A stretch of 64,000 nt of DNA from Alphaproteobacteria bacterium (GCA_963555825.3 CAUVXB020000002.1:864001-928000), one strand, 5' to 3'. Shown: positions 41,929-52,299, numbered from the stretch's first letter. Numbers and translations: made by a program. Notes: generated by a model from the sequence alone, not told the origin.

Positions 41929-43173
41929 CTAGTCGCCGATGCCGACCGCGTCGGTCTCCAGGTGTGTGGCGAGGAACTGTTCGACGCGCGGCAGTGTGTC
42001 GGCCAAGGCGTCCGGGTCGAACTTCAGCAGGTGGCCGAGGTAGCTGGCGCCACCGCCGGGCGCGACCGAGGCGCCCGACTTGCCGCGCGCCCAGGCGCCG
42101 ACGCGCGCCGGATCGGCGCTCCACTCGTCGTCGTAGCCGTGCACCGCGCCCGGATAGACCTTGATCGTGACCGGCGCCGGCGAGTTCATCTGCCGCGCGG
42201 CGATCACCGCGCCGTGACACAGGCTGGCCGGCGTCCAATCGTCGGCACCGCCGATCAGGATCAGCAGCGGCGTCTCGAACACGTCGGTCACGTCGCAGAA
42301 CGGGTAGAACGCAACGGCCGCGCGGAAGCCGCCGAACCGTCCGATCATGTCCATGACTTGCGTGCTGTCGGCGCGGATCGCGTGGAGCAGCGTCCAGCCG
42401 CCGTGGTTCCAGCCGGCGATGGCAATGCGCTCGGCGTCGATGCCCGGCTGGCTTTTCAGGAAGGCCATCGCGCCATAGGCGTCGTAGATTCGCTTGCGGA
42501 CCGAGACGCGGGCGGGCGCCGAACAGACCTCGTCGACGCCCCTGGGACCAAGCGAATCGACGACCAGCGCGACATGCCCCCAATCGCGGAACCGCTCGGC
42601 CCAAATGTGGTGCAGCGACGTGACCCCCGAACAGCCGTGCAGCAGCACGACCGCCGAAGCCGGCCGGTCGATCGGCGCCGGCCGGTAGAGCGTCCCGGTG
42701 ATCGATATCGACTCGTTCTTGCCGGGGCTCGTAAAGCTGACCGCTTCGCCCGCCGCCCAGGCGCCCGCCGGCCAAACTCCGAGCAGCAACCAGGCGAGTG
42801 CCGTCGCGAGCCGGCGCGGCTTGGGCTTGGGGCGGGGCAGGCTTAGCGCATGGTCGATCGACCGGCGCGTCCAATGCGCCAGGCTATCGGGGTCGTCGCG
42901 CAGCGCCGGCGGCGACAGCACGTACTGCTTCTTCACCGGTCCCGTGGCGAAATAACGCAGCGGTGTGCCGCCTTCCGACATGAGCCGCGCGCGGTCGTCG
43001 TCGGGTAGCTTCATCGCCAGCCCGACCGGCGTCAACGACAGGCAGATGTGGCCGTTGGCGTAGGCCGCCGCGCCCGAAAAGAAATGCCTGACCTCGACCT
43101 CGACGTCCTTGGGCAACATTGCGATGGTCGGGCCGAGCAAGGCCTCCAAACGTGCGACATATTCCGTTGCCAT
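41929..43173 (-). CDS. TfoX_N-like domain fused via a hydrophobic segment to a dienelactone-hydrolase-family domain
   Basis: N-terminal RHFFSGAAAYANG...W...S....L, then LATALAWLLLG, then LHGCSG, GWNHGG, YP.C, G.ADDWTP, YPGAVHGYD. Confidence 0.75.
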   Translation of the reverse strand: MATEYVARLEALLGPTIAMLPKDVEVEVRHFFSGAAAYANGHICLSLTPVGLAMKLPDDDRARLMSEGGTPLRYFATGPVKKQYVLSPPALRDDPDSLAHWTRRSIDHALSLPRPKPKPRRLATALAWLLLGVWPAGAWAAGEAVSFTSPGKNESISITGTLYRPAPIDRPASAVVLLHGCSGVTSLHHIWAERFRDWGHVALVVDSLGPRGVDEVCSAPARVSVRKRIYDAYGAMAFLKSQPGIDAERIAIAGWNHGGWTLLHAIRADSTQVMDMIGRFGGFRAAVAFYPFCDVTDVFETPLLILIGGADDWTPASLCHGAVIAARQMNSPAPVTIKVYPGAVHGYDDEWSADPARVGAWARGKSGASVAPGGGASYLGHLLKFDPDALADTLPRVEQFLATHLETDAVGIGD

Positions 43174-43199
43174 CACATCCCGCTCACAAGAGAAGAATC

Positions 43200-43276
43200 A
43201 CCACAGAGGCACAGAGAATTTAGACCCGTAGGGGCGGGTTTCAAACCCGGCCCTACAATCAATGTGCCTCTGTGGT
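43200..43276. repeat. Nested REP-like palindromes
   Basis: Outer IR ACCACAGAGGCACA/TGTGCCTCTGTGGT enclosing GTAG-type GTAGGGGCGGGTTTCAAACCCGGCCCTAC (43228-43256). Confidence 0.75.
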
Positions 43277-44437
43277 TCAAATCGGCGCACGCCATTCGGC
43301 CCGCACGTCGGCGTCGGGCTCGCCAGGCAGATGAGCCTCGCGCAGCGTGGCGAACCGATCTTCGGCGAGCAGCCGCGAAAGCGCCCAGACGGCCATCGCG
43401 CGGACCAGGGGCGAGGCGTCGCCGAGCCGCGCCTCGGCGGCCGGCGCGAGCGCCGCGTCGCCCGCGTTGCCGAGGCCGATCAGCGCGTTGCGGACGAAGC
43501 GGTCGCGGCCGACACGCTTGATCGCGGTGCCGGCGAAGACGCGCCGGAAGCCGGCGTCGTCGAGGCCTGCGAGGTCGGCGAGGCGCGGCGCGGTCAGCTC
43601 GGCGCGCGGCATGAAGGCGGTCTCGCGCGGCACTCGCGCGAATTTGTTCCACGGGCAGACCGCCAGGCAATCGTCGCAGCCGTAAATGCGGTTGCCCATG
43701 GGGGCGCGAAATTCGCGGTCGATGTGGCCCTTGTGCTCGATCGTCAGGTACGAGATGCAGCGCCGCGCGTCGATCCGGTAGGGCGCCGGAAACGCGTTCG
43801 TCGGACAGACGTCGAGGCAGGCGCGGCATGAACCGCAATGATCGGTCTCGGCGCCGTCGGGCGGCAATTCGAGCGCGGTGAAGACTTCACCGAGGAAGAG
43901 CCATGAGCCGTGCCGGCGCGACACCAGGTTGGTGTGCTTGCCCTGCCAGCCGATGCCGGCGCGGGCGGCCACCGGCTTCTCCATCACCGGCGCGGTGTCG
44001 ACGAAGACCTTGACCTCGGTTTCGAAGCGCTCGTGGATGAAGCGCGCGAGCCGCTTGAGACGGCGTTTGATGACGTCGTGGTAATCGGACCCTTGCGCGT
44101 AGACCGAGATGACGCCGCGGTCCCGGTTCTCCAATGCCGCGAGCGGATCGGTGGCCGGCGCGTAGCTGACGCCGAGCGCGATGACCGTGCGCGCGTCGGC
44201 CCACAGCGCCAGCGGGTCGGCGCGGCGCTCGGCGTTGCGCGCCATCCAGTCCATCTCGCCGTGATGGCCGGCGGCGAGGAAGCCTTCGAGGCCGGCGGCG
44301 ACGGTGGGCGGCTGGGCGGCGGCGGCGAATCCGACGTCGTCGAAGCCCAGTTCGCGGGCGAAGGCGGCGATTTCGGCCTTGGCCGCGGCCGGTTCCGGCG
44401 CGCCGGCGCCGGTCGCCTCAGAAGTCGAGATCGGCAT
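43277..44437 (-). CDS. queG: Epoxyqueuosine reductase
   Basis: VDTAPVMEK, AGIGWQGKH, CGSCRACLDVCP, CISYLTIE, GCDDCLAVCPWN. Confidence 0.95.
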   Translation of the reverse strand: MPISTSEATGAGAPEPAAAKAEIAAFARELGFDDVGFAAAAQPPTVAAGLEGFLAAGHHGEMDWMARNAERRADPLALWADARTVIALGVSYAPATDPLAALENRDRGVISVYAQGSDYHDVIKRRLKRLARFIHERFETEVKVFVDTAPVMEKPVAARAGIGWQGKHTNLVSRRHGSWLFLGEVFTALELPPDGAETDHCGSCRACLDVCPTNAFPAPYRIDARRCISYLTIEHKGHIDREFRAPMGNRIYGCDDCLAVCPWNKFARVPRETAFMPRAELTAPRLADLAGLDDAGFRRVFAGTAIKRVGRDRFVRNALIGLGNAGDAALAPAAEARLGDASPLVRAMAVWALSRLLAEDRFATLREAHLPGEPDADVRAEWRAPI

Positions 44438-45086
44438 AATGCGCCGCCGGCGGCATGCCCGGGATCGAATCCTTGAGCAGCGGGCGGAATGAGGGCCGCG
44501 ACTTGAGGCGGGCGTACCATTCGCGCGCGCCCGCGTGGGCGTCCCAGGGCACGTTGCCGAGGTAGTCGACGGCCGAGAGATAGGCGCCGGCGGTGAGGTC
44601 GGCGAGCGAGAACTCAGGTCCCGCGAGCCAATTGCGCCGCGCCGTCAGATAGCTCAGGTATTCGAGGTGGATGTCGAGGTTGGCGAGCCCGGCGCGGATC
44701 GCCTCGGTGCTCGGCTCGCCGAGGCCCAGGAACCGCTTCATGACCTTCTCGCCGACCAGGTTGTCGGCCACCTCGTGGGCGAACTTGCCGTCGAACCAGG
44801 CGACCAGGCGGCGAATCTCGGCGCGCTCGGACGGCGCGCCCATGATCAGCGGCGGGTCGGGATAGGCCTCGTCGAGATACTCGCAGATCGCCGTCGCGTC
44901 GGCGACCACCAGGCCGCCCTCGTCGATCAGCACGGGCACCTCGCCGGTCGGGTTCATGGCGAGGAATTCGGGACGACGTTCCCACACCTTCTCGACCTTG
45001 AGCACGAAGTCGAGCCGCTTTTCGGCGAGCACCAGGCGCACCCTGCGCGAATGCGCCGACAACCACAGATGATGCAGTGTCCGCAT
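44418..45086 (-). CDS. Glutathione S-transferase family protein (FzlA-like)
   Basis: SRRVRLVLAEK, NP.GEVPVL, ICEYLDE, WY..LKSRPSFRPLL, C-terminal YADLDF. Confidence 0.9.
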   Translation of the reverse strand: MRTLHHLWLSAHSRRVRLVLAEKRLDFVLKVEKVWERRPEFLAMNPTGEVPVLIDEGGLVVADATAICEYLDEAYPDPPLIMGAPSERAEIRRLVAWFDGKFAHEVADNLVGEKVMKRFLGLGEPSTEAIRAGLANLDIHLEYLSYLTARRNWLAGPEFSLADLTAGAYLSAVDYLGNVPWDAHAGAREWYARLKSRPSFRPLLKDSIPGMPPAAHYADLDF

Positions 45087-45310
45087 GGCGGCGAATGTAT
45101 CCCAAGCCCGCGACAGGCGACAGCCTCGTTTCAGTCGGCGGAATGGGTGCTGCGCCGGGTAATCACGCCCGCGATCGGAATCTACCAGCCCGCGCCAATC
45201 CTATTGGGACAAGAGAGAGGCGGGCCGCCGACCGTTCGGCGGAAGCATGCGCGGCGATTGAGCGCAGGTCACCGTTAGGTGACCGCACAAAAAAGGTGAC
45301 CCAAACAGAA

Positions 45311-46138
45311 TTACGGATCGCCGGGCGCGTCTTGGCCGAAGAAGAAGCGGCGCGTCGCGACGTCGAGCCTGACGCCGGGCTTTTCCTCATATGACAGCAC
45401 CAGCGAGATGCGCGGTGTCGCGCCTTCGATCGGGGTCACCCGGTGCAGCGCGAAATTGCCTTCGATCATGGTGAACGCGCCGGGCTTGGTGCGCGGCCGG
45501 ACGACGCGCGACCGCTCGCCGGTCAGCACCGCGCGCACGTCGTCGAAACATTCGTCGTCGGCGCTGCGCAGGCCGGGCACGAATTCGAACGCACCGCCCG
45601 CCTCGGAGGCCTGCAACTCGATGATATTCGAGTACTGCGCACGATCAAAATGCCACGCCAGTTGATCGCCGGCCTTGTAGATCATCAGCACCAGCGCGTT
45701 CGACGGGTCCTCGTGCAGGAACAACTCGGGCTTGGCCATCAGGTCGGCGACCAGGCGCCGTACCGGCGGCCAGCGATAGAGCGCATCGAGCGCCGTGCCG
45801 GGCATCTTGTGATGCGCGGCGCAGTGGCGTTGCGACGTCTCCTTGATGCGGTAGGGGTGGTCTTGCGGCACGTCGTCGTCGGCAGTCAAGCCGTAAGGGC
45901 TCTCCTGTTTCGCGCTGAATTGGGACTGCGGGACCAGCGTGGCGGCCTCCGCCTGCAGGCGTTCGAGCCCGGCCGCCGTGATGAAGCCCTCGAGCGCGAG
46001 CGCGCCGTTCGCCGCCAGATCCCGCCGCCCCTGGGCGACGACCTCGCGATACCGCGCGCTCGCGGGATCGTCGATCGGATAGCGCTCCAGGTCGACCAGC
46101 GACGCGGCGTCGATGGCTTCGGCGGACGATTGATCCAT
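45311..46138 (-). CDS. Fe(II)/2-oxoglutarate-dependent oxygenase-like protein
   Basis: WHFD (HxD), GG.FEF, LHRVTP, R.S motifs. Confidence 0.75.
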   Translation of the reverse strand: MDQSSAEAIDAASLVDLERYPIDDPASARYREVVAQGRRDLAANGALALEGFITAAGLERLQAEAATLVPQSQFSAKQESPYGLTADDDVPQDHPYRIKETSQRHCAAHHKMPGTALDALYRWPPVRRLVADLMAKPELFLHEDPSNALVLMIYKAGDQLAWHFDRAQYSNIIELQASEAGGAFEFVPGLRSADDECFDDVRAVLTGERSRVVRPRTKPGAFTMIEGNFALHRVTPIEGATPRISLVLSYEEKPGVRLDVATRRFFFGQDAPGDP

Positions 46139-46160
46139 GGTCGTCGAACCTCTCCCAGTG

Positions 46161-49100
46161 TTACGCTCGTGCCGCCGCCGCCTCATCGGACAGCGGGTGT
46201 TCGAGGCGGGCGATCATCTCCTTGGGGCAGACCTGCCAGAAGCGCTCGCGCTCGACCTCCCAGCCGTCGAGCATGTGGCTCGCGAAACGCGAGCCGGTGC
46301 GCTCGGCGTGGCGCGCGACGAGATCGCGCAAGACGTCTTCCCAATGGCGGCTCTCGAGCCTCTGGTAGACCACCGTGTCGTCGTTGATGCGGATCGGCAG
46401 CGTCTCGTCCGGGTCGTAGACGAAGGCCATGCCGCCGGTCATGCCGGCCGCGAAGTTGAGGCCGACCGGGCCGAGGATCACGACGGTGCCGCCGGTCATG
46501 TACTCGCAGCCGTTCGAACCGCAGCCCTCGGCCACCGCGACGGCGCCCGAGTTGCGCACCGCGAAGCGCTCGCCGGCGCGGCCCGCGGCGAACAGCGTGC
46601 CGGCCGTCGCGCCATAGAGCACGGTGTTGCCGACGATGGTGTTCTGGTTGCTGACCAGCGGGCTCGAGACGGTCGGCCTGACGACGATGTCGCCGCCCGA
46701 CAGCCCCTTGCCGACATAGTCGTTGGCGTCGCCCATGACCTCGAGCGCGAGACCCTGCACGGCGAAGGCGCCGAGCGACTGGCCGGCCGAGCCGCGCAGG
46801 CGCACCGCGATGTGGCCCGGCTGCAGCCCGGTCATGCCGAAGCGGCGCGTGATCATCGACGAGAGCTTGGTGCCGATGGCGCGCTGGGTGTTGCGGATCG
46901 AATAGGCGAGCTGCATCTTCTCGCCGGCGGCGAGCGCCGGCTTGGCGTCGGTGATCATCTGGGCGTCGAGCGTCTCGGGCACCTCGTTGCGGCCCTCGAG
47001 GCTGCAATAGCGCGTGTAGGGCCCCGGGTCGGCCTGCACCAGCAGCGGGTTGAGGTCGAGATCGTCGAGATAGGCCGAGCCACGGCTCACCTGGGTCAGC
47101 AGGTCGGCGCGGCCGATGATTTCGTTCAGCGTGCGGACGCCGAGCGCGGCGAGGATCTCGCGCACTTCCTCGGCCAGGAACGAGAACAGGTTGACGACCT
47201 TCTCGGCCGTCCCCTCGAACTTGTCGCGCAGCTTGGGATCCTGGGTGCAGACGCCGACCGGACAGGTGTTGGAATGGCACTGGCGCACCATGATGCAGCC
47301 CATCGCGACCAGCGAGGCGGTGCCGACGCCGAACTCCTCGGCGCCCAGCATGGCGGCGATGACGACGTCGCGCCCGGTCCGGATGCCGCCGTCGGCGCGC
47401 AGGCGGACGGTGTGGCGCAGGCGGTTGAGCGTGAGCACCTGGTTGACTTCCGAGAGCCCCATCTCCCACGGCGCGCCGGCGTATTTGATGCTCGACTGCG
47501 GGCTCGCGCCGGTGCCACCGGTGTTGCCCGAAATCAGGATCACGTCGGCCTTGGCCTTGGCGACGCCGGCGGCCACCGTGCCGATGCCGGCGAGAGCCAC
47601 CAATTTCACCGTGACGCGGCAGTCGGGGTTGATCTGCTTGAGGTCGTAGATCAGCTGGGCGAGGTCCTCGATCGAATAGATGTCGTGGTGCGGCGGCGGC
47701 GAGATCAGCGTGACGCCCTCGGTCGCGTGCCGTAGCCGGGCGATCTCGGCCGTCACCTTGAAGCCGGGCAGCTGACCGCCCTCGCCGGGCTTGGCGCCCT
47801 GCGCGATCTTGATCTCGATCTCCGAGCAGTTGTTGAGGTATTCGGCGGTCACGCCGAAGCGCGCCGAGGCGATCTGCTTGACCGTCGAGTTGGCGTTGTC
47901 GCCGTTCGCCCGGGGCTTGGCGCGCGCCGGGTCCTCGCCGCCCTCGCCCGAGCACGAGGCGCCGCCGATGCGGTTCATGGCGATCGCGAGCGTCTCGTGC
48001 GCTTCCTTCGACAGCGCGCCGTGCGACATCGAGCCCGAGCCGAACCGCTTGCGGATTTCGGTGATCGATTCGACCTCGTCGACCGGCACCTCGGCGCCGA
48101 CGGTGTCGAAATCCAACAAATCGCGCAGGTTGACCGGCGGCAGGTCGCGCGCGCCCTCTGAGTATTTGCGGTAGAGCTGATAGGCGTCGGTCGCGACCGC
48201 GGCCTGCAGCGTGTGCACCAGCTCGGGCGCGAAGGAATGCACCTCGCCGGTGCTTCGGTAGCGATAGAGCCCGCCGATCGGCAGCACGGCCGCGTCGTCG
48301 GTGAAGGTCTCGCGGTGCAGGTCGATGACCTTGCGCTCGATGCCGGCGAGCCCGATGCCCGAAATACGCGACGGCATGCCCGGGAAGAAGTCGGCGACCA
48401 GCGTGCGCGACAGGCCGATGGCTTCGAAATTGTAGCCGCCGCGGTACGAGCTGATCACCGAGATGCCCATCTTCGACATGATCTTCAACAGGCCCTGGTC
48501 GACGGCGTGCTTGTAGCGGCGCACGCAGTCGCCGAGCTCGAGCGCGCCGAACAGGCCGCGGCGATGGCGGTCGGCAATCGCCTCCTGGGCGAGATAGGCG
48601 TTGACCGTGGTCGCGCCGACGCCGATCAGCACGGCGAACTGGTGAACGTCGAGGCATTCGGCGGTGCGCAGGTTGAGCGACGTATAAGTGCGCAAATCGT
48701 GGCGCACGAGATGCGAATGTACCGCGCCGGTCGCCAGCACCATCGGGATCGCGGCGCGCTCGGGACCGACGTTCATGTCGGAAAGAACCAGATGCACGCT
48801 GCCGCCGCGCACCGCGTCCTCGGCCTCGGCGCGGATGCGGTTGATCGCGTCGCGCAACGCGTCGTCGCCCGCGTCGACCTCGAAGGTCGCGTCGATCGAC
48901 GTCACGGCCGCGCCCATGGCGCGCATTACCGCGTCGAACTCGGCGTTGGTCAGCACCGGCGAGGCCAAGAGCAGGATATTGGTCTGGCTGGCGTCCTCGT
49001 CGAGCACGTTGGTCAGGTTGCCGAGCCGCGTGTTGAGCGACATTATGCGGCTCTCGCGCAAGCTGTCGATCGGCGGATTGGTGACCTGTGAGAACATCTG

Positions 49101-50702
49101 GCGGAAGAAGTGGTGCAGGCCGCGATAGCCGTTCGACAAGACGGCGAGTGGCGTGTCGTCGCCCATCGAGCCTGTCGCCTCCTTGGCCTCCTCGACCATC
49201 GGCTGGAGGATCATCTCGAGGTCCTCCATGGTGTAGCCGGCGCAGCGCAGCCGCAGGCGCAGCGCGTCGCGGTCCATCTCGTGCGTCTCGGGCGCTCCCG
49301 GCTCGATCAGGTCGCCGAGCTCGGTGATGTTCTTGACCCACTCGCCATAGGGCCGATCGGCGGCGAGCTGGTCCTTCAGCTCCCGGTCGTGGTAGAGCCG
49401 GCCGGCGACGAGGTCGACGCCGATCATCTGGCCCGGGCCGATGCGGCCCTTCTCGACCACGTCGGCCTCCGACACCGCGACCATGCCGGCCTCCGAGCCG
49501 ACGATCAGAAGGCCGTCGGCGGTGATCGTGTGGCGCATCGGGCGAAGCCCGTTGCGGTCCATGCCGGCGAGGATCCAGCGGCCGTCGGTGACGGCGATCG
49601 CCGCCGGGCCGTCCCACGGCTCCATCACCGTGTTGCAGTAGCTATAGAGCGCCTTGTGCGCCTCGGGCATCGATTCGTTCTTCGACCAGGCCTCGGGGAT
49701 CAGCAGCGACTTGACCAGCGGCGCCGGGCGGCCGGCGCGCACCAGCACCTCGAACACCGCGTCGAGCGCCGCCGAGTCCGAGCTGCCCGCCTGGATCACC
49801 GGCTTGATGTCCGCGCCGTGCTCGCGGAACTGGTTGCTCACCATGCGCGGCTCGTGACACTTCATCCAGTTGATGTTGCCGCGCACGGTGTTGATCTCGC
49901 CGTTGTGCGCCAGCATGCGGAACGGCTGGGCGAGCCGCCAGGTCGGGAAGGTGTTGGTCGAATAACGCTGGTGGTAGATCGCGAAGCTCGAGACGAAGCG
50001 GTCGTCCAACAGGTCGGGGAAGAAGGCCGACAGCTGCTCGGCCAGGAACATGCCCTTGTAGATGATCGAGCGGCACGACAGCGAGCAGATGTAGAAATCG
50101 GTGATATGCGCGGCGAGCACGCCGCGCTCGATCTTGCGGCGGATGATATACAGGTCGAGCTCGAACTGGTCCTCGTCGACGTGGCCGTCGTTGGCGATCA
50201 TGATCTGCTCGATTTCGGGCCGCGTCGCGTTGGCCTTCTCGCCGATCACGCCGGCGTCGATCGGCACCTGGCGCCAGCCGTAGATGCGGTAGCCGAAGTT
50301 GATGATTTCGGTCTCGACGATGCCGCGGCAGACCTCCTGGGCGCCGAGGTCGGTCTTGGGCATGAACACCATGCCGACCGCCAGCCGTTCGCCGCCGGCG
50401 ACGTGGCCGGTGCGCGCGATGTGCTCCTTGAAGAAGTCCTGCGGGATCTCGACGTGAATGCCGGCGCCGTCGCCGGTCATGCCGTCGGCGTCGACTGCGC
50501 CGCGGTGCCATACCGCCTTGAGCGCCTCGATGCCCGCGAGAACGACGGCGCGGCGCGGCCGGCCGTCGATCGCCGCAACCAAGCCGACGCCGCAGGCGTC
50601 ATGCTCGTCGGCCGGGTCATAGAGACCGTTCGCGGAGAGGCGCGCGGCATTGGCGCGCCACTCGTCGACGAAGGCGGCGCCGGCGTTTTTTGTTTCGGTC
50701 AT
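46161..50702 (-). CDS. gltB: Glutamate synthase large subunit
   Basis: HDACGVG, HRGA, HQRYSTNT, AHNGEINT, QVTNPPID, QGAKPGEGG, CIMVRQCHSNTCP. Confidence 0.98.
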   Translation of the reverse strand: MTETKNAGAAFVDEWRANAARLSANGLYDPADEHDACGVGLVAAIDGRPRRAVVLAGIEALKAVWHRGAVDADGMTGDGAGIHVEIPQDFFKEHIARTGHVAGGERLAVGMVFMPKTDLGAQEVCRGIVETEIINFGYRIYGWRQVPIDAGVIGEKANATRPEIEQIMIANDGHVDEDQFELDLYIIRRKIERGVLAAHITDFYICSLSCRSIIYKGMFLAEQLSAFFPDLLDDRFVSSFAIYHQRYSTNTFPTWRLAQPFRMLAHNGEINTVRGNINWMKCHEPRMVSNQFREHGADIKPVIQAGSSDSAALDAVFEVLVRAGRPAPLVKSLLIPEAWSKNESMPEAHKALYSYCNTVMEPWDGPAAIAVTDGRWILAGMDRNGLRPMRHTITADGLLIVGSEAGMVAVSEADVVEKGRIGPGQMIGVDLVAGRLYHDRELKDQLAADRPYGEWVKNITELGDLIEPGAPETHEMDRDALRLRLRCAGYTMEDLEMILQPMVEEAKEATGSMGDDTPLAVLSNGYRGLHHFFRQMFSQVTNPPIDSLRESRIMSLNTRLGNLTNVLDEDASQTNILLLASPVLTNAEFDAVMRAMGAAVTSIDATFEVDAGDDALRDAINRIRAEAEDAVRGGSVHLVLSDMNVGPERAAIPMVLATGAVHSHLVRHDLRTYTSLNLRTAECLDVHQFAVLIGVGATTVNAYLAQEAIADRHRRGLFGALELGDCVRRYKHAVDQGLLKIMSKMGISVISSYRGGYNFEAIGLSRTLVADFFPGMPSRISGIGLAGIERKVIDLHRETFTDDAAVLPIGGLYRYRSTGEVHSFAPELVHTLQAAVATDAYQLYRKYSEGARDLPPVNLRDLLDFDTVGAEVPVDEVESITEIRKRFGSGSMSHGALSKEAHETLAIAMNRIGGASCSGEGGEDPARAKPRANGDNANSTVKQIASARFGVTAEYLNNCSEIEIKIAQGAKPGEGGQLPGFKVTAEIARLRHATEGVTLISPPPHHDIYSIEDLAQLIYDLKQINPDCRVTVKLVALAGIGTVAAGVAKAKADVILISGNTGGTGASPQSSIKYAGAPWEMGLSEVNQVLTLNRLRHTVRLRADGGIRTGRDVVIAAMLGAEEFGVGTASLVAMGCIMVRQCHSNTCPVGVCTQDPKLRDKFEGTAEKVVNLFSFLAEEVREILAALGVRTLNEIIGRADLLTQVSRGSAYLDDLDLNPLLVQADPGPYTRYCSLEGRNEVPETLDAQMITDAKPALAAGEKMQLAYSIRNTQRAIGTKLSSMITRRFGMTGLQPGHIAVRLRGSAGQSLGAFAVQGLALEVMGDANDYVGKGLSGGDIVVRPTVSSPLVSNQNTIVGNTVLYGATAGTLFAAGRAGERFAVRNSGAVAVAEGCGSNGCEYMTGGTVVILGPVGLNFAAGMTGGMAFVYDPDETLPIRINDDTVVYQRLESRHWEDVLRDLVARHAERTGSRFASHMLDGWEVERERFWQVCPKEMIARLEHPLSDEAAAARA

Positions 50703-50713
50703 CGCGTCGCCTC

Positions 50714-52159
50714 TCATTCGGCCGCGACGGCGGGCGCATCGGCCGCCACCTTGCCCCGGATGTAGGCATCGATGCCGTCGGCGGCGTCGCGGCCGTCCTT
50801 GATCGCCCAGACGACGAGCGAGGCGCCGCGGATGATATCGCCAGCCGCGAAGACGCCATCGAGCGCGGTCGCCTTGGTCTTGCGGTCGATGCGCAGCGTG
50901 CCCCAGCGGGTCACCGCGAGCGCCGGTTCGTCGAACGCGGCGGGCAGGTCTTCGGGGTCGAAGCCGAGCGCCTTGATGGCGAGGTCGCAGGGCAGCGTGG
51001 CGCTCGTGTCGTGCACCGGCTGGGGTGCGGCGCGGCCATCGGCGTCGGGCGGGCCGAGCCGCATGCGCACCGTGCGCACCGCGCCGACCACGGTGTCGCC
51101 GAGCATCGCCTCGGGCGCGGTGAGCCAGACGAATTCGACGCCCTCTTCCTCGGCGTGGCTGACCTCGCGCATCGAGCCCGGCATGTTGGCTCGGTCGCGC
51201 CGGTAGAGACATTTGACCGACGTCGCCTCCTGCCGAACGGCGGTGCGCACGCAGTCCATCGCGGTGTCGCCGCCGCCGATCACCACGACATGCTTGCCGT
51301 CGGCGTCGAGCGCGCCCGACTCGAAGGCCGGCACGGCGTCGCCCAGGCCCTTGCGGTTGCTCGCGGTCAGGTATTCCATCGCCTGCACGAAGTTGCCCAG
51401 GCCCGAGCCGGGCATGGCGACGTCGCGCGCCCGGTAGACGCCGGTCGCGATCAATACGGCGTCGTGGCGTTCGCGCAACTCGGCGAGGCTCGCGTCGCGG
51501 CCGACTTCGAACTCGGTGTGATAGACGACGCCCGAATCTTCGATCAGTCGGGCACGCCGCGCGACGGCGTCCTTCTCGAGCTTGAAGTTGGGGATGCCGT
51601 AGATCAGCAAGCCGCCGATGCGGTCGTAGCGGTCGTAGAGCGCGACCTGGTGGCCCATGCGGCGCAGCCGGTCGGCGGCGGCGAGACCCGCCGGGCCGCC
51701 GCCGACGATGCCGACCGAAGTGGTGAGCTCGCGCCGTGGCCGCGCCGGCTTGACCCAGCCTTGCTGGAACGCGGTCTCGACGATGTAGTTCTCGACCGCG
51801 CCGATGGTGACGCCGCCGAAGCCCTTCTCGATGACGCAATTGCCTTCGCACAGCCGGTCCTGCGGGCAGATGCGGCCGCACACCTCAGGGAAGGTGTTGG
51901 TCGCGGCGGCGACCTCGTAGGCCTCCTCGAGCCGTCCCTGCGCGGTCAGCATGAGCCAATCGGGGATGTTGTTGTGCAGCGGGCAATGCACCTGGCAGAA
52001 GGGAATGCCGCACTGCGAGCAACGCGCCGCCTGCTCGGCGCCGTTGTCGGGGTCGAAATCACGATAGATCTCGCCGAAGTCGTCGCGCCGCTCGGCGACG
52101 GCGCGCTTCTCGGGCGTGTGCCGTTCGACCGACACGAATTTCAGCAGTTTCTCGGCCAT
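50714..52159 (-). CDS. gltD: Glutamate synthase small subunit
   Basis: RCSQCG.P.C, GRICPQDRLCE, GGGPAG, IGGGDTAMDC, GASLVVWAI. Confidence 0.97.
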   Translation of the reverse strand: MAEKLLKFVSVERHTPEKRAVAERRDDFGEIYRDFDPDNGAEQAARCSQCGIPFCQVHCPLHNNIPDWLMLTAQGRLEEAYEVAAATNTFPEVCGRICPQDRLCEGNCVIEKGFGGVTIGAVENYIVETAFQQGWVKPARPRRELTTSVGIVGGGPAGLAAADRLRRMGHQVALYDRYDRIGGLLIYGIPNFKLEKDAVARRARLIEDSGVVYHTEFEVGRDASLAELRERHDAVLIATGVYRARDVAMPGSGLGNFVQAMEYLTASNRKGLGDAVPAFESGALDADGKHVVVIGGGDTAMDCVRTAVRQEATSVKCLYRRDRANMPGSMREVSHAEEEGVEFVWLTAPEAMLGDTVVGAVRTVRMRLGPPDADGRAAPQPVHDTSATLPCDLAIKALGFDPEDLPAAFDEPALAVTRWGTLRIDRKTKATALDGVFAAGDIIRGASLVVWAIKDGRDAADGIDAYIRGKVAADAPAVAAE

Positions 52160-52280
52160 CGTCCCCCCGACCGGGCGCGCCAATCATCACGCGGTGCATG
52201 CGCGATGGACGCTGCGGTTGTTGAATTTGGCCGCCAATTTACGACGAATGCGCCGGCTAAGCGAGGAAATAATGACATTT

Positions 52281-52299
52281 AGGTCAAATATATTGACCT
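52281..52299. promoter_or_regulatory. Palindromic operator in the gltD/uppP divergent region
   Basis: AGGTCAA-ATATA-TTGACCT in an AT-rich patch. Confidence 0.55.

Noticed and set aside
50703-51881. 1906-aa GltB with an N-terminal extension or gltD-gltB fusion
   Set aside because: The extension is an alternative frame of gltD with low-complexity Arg/Gly content
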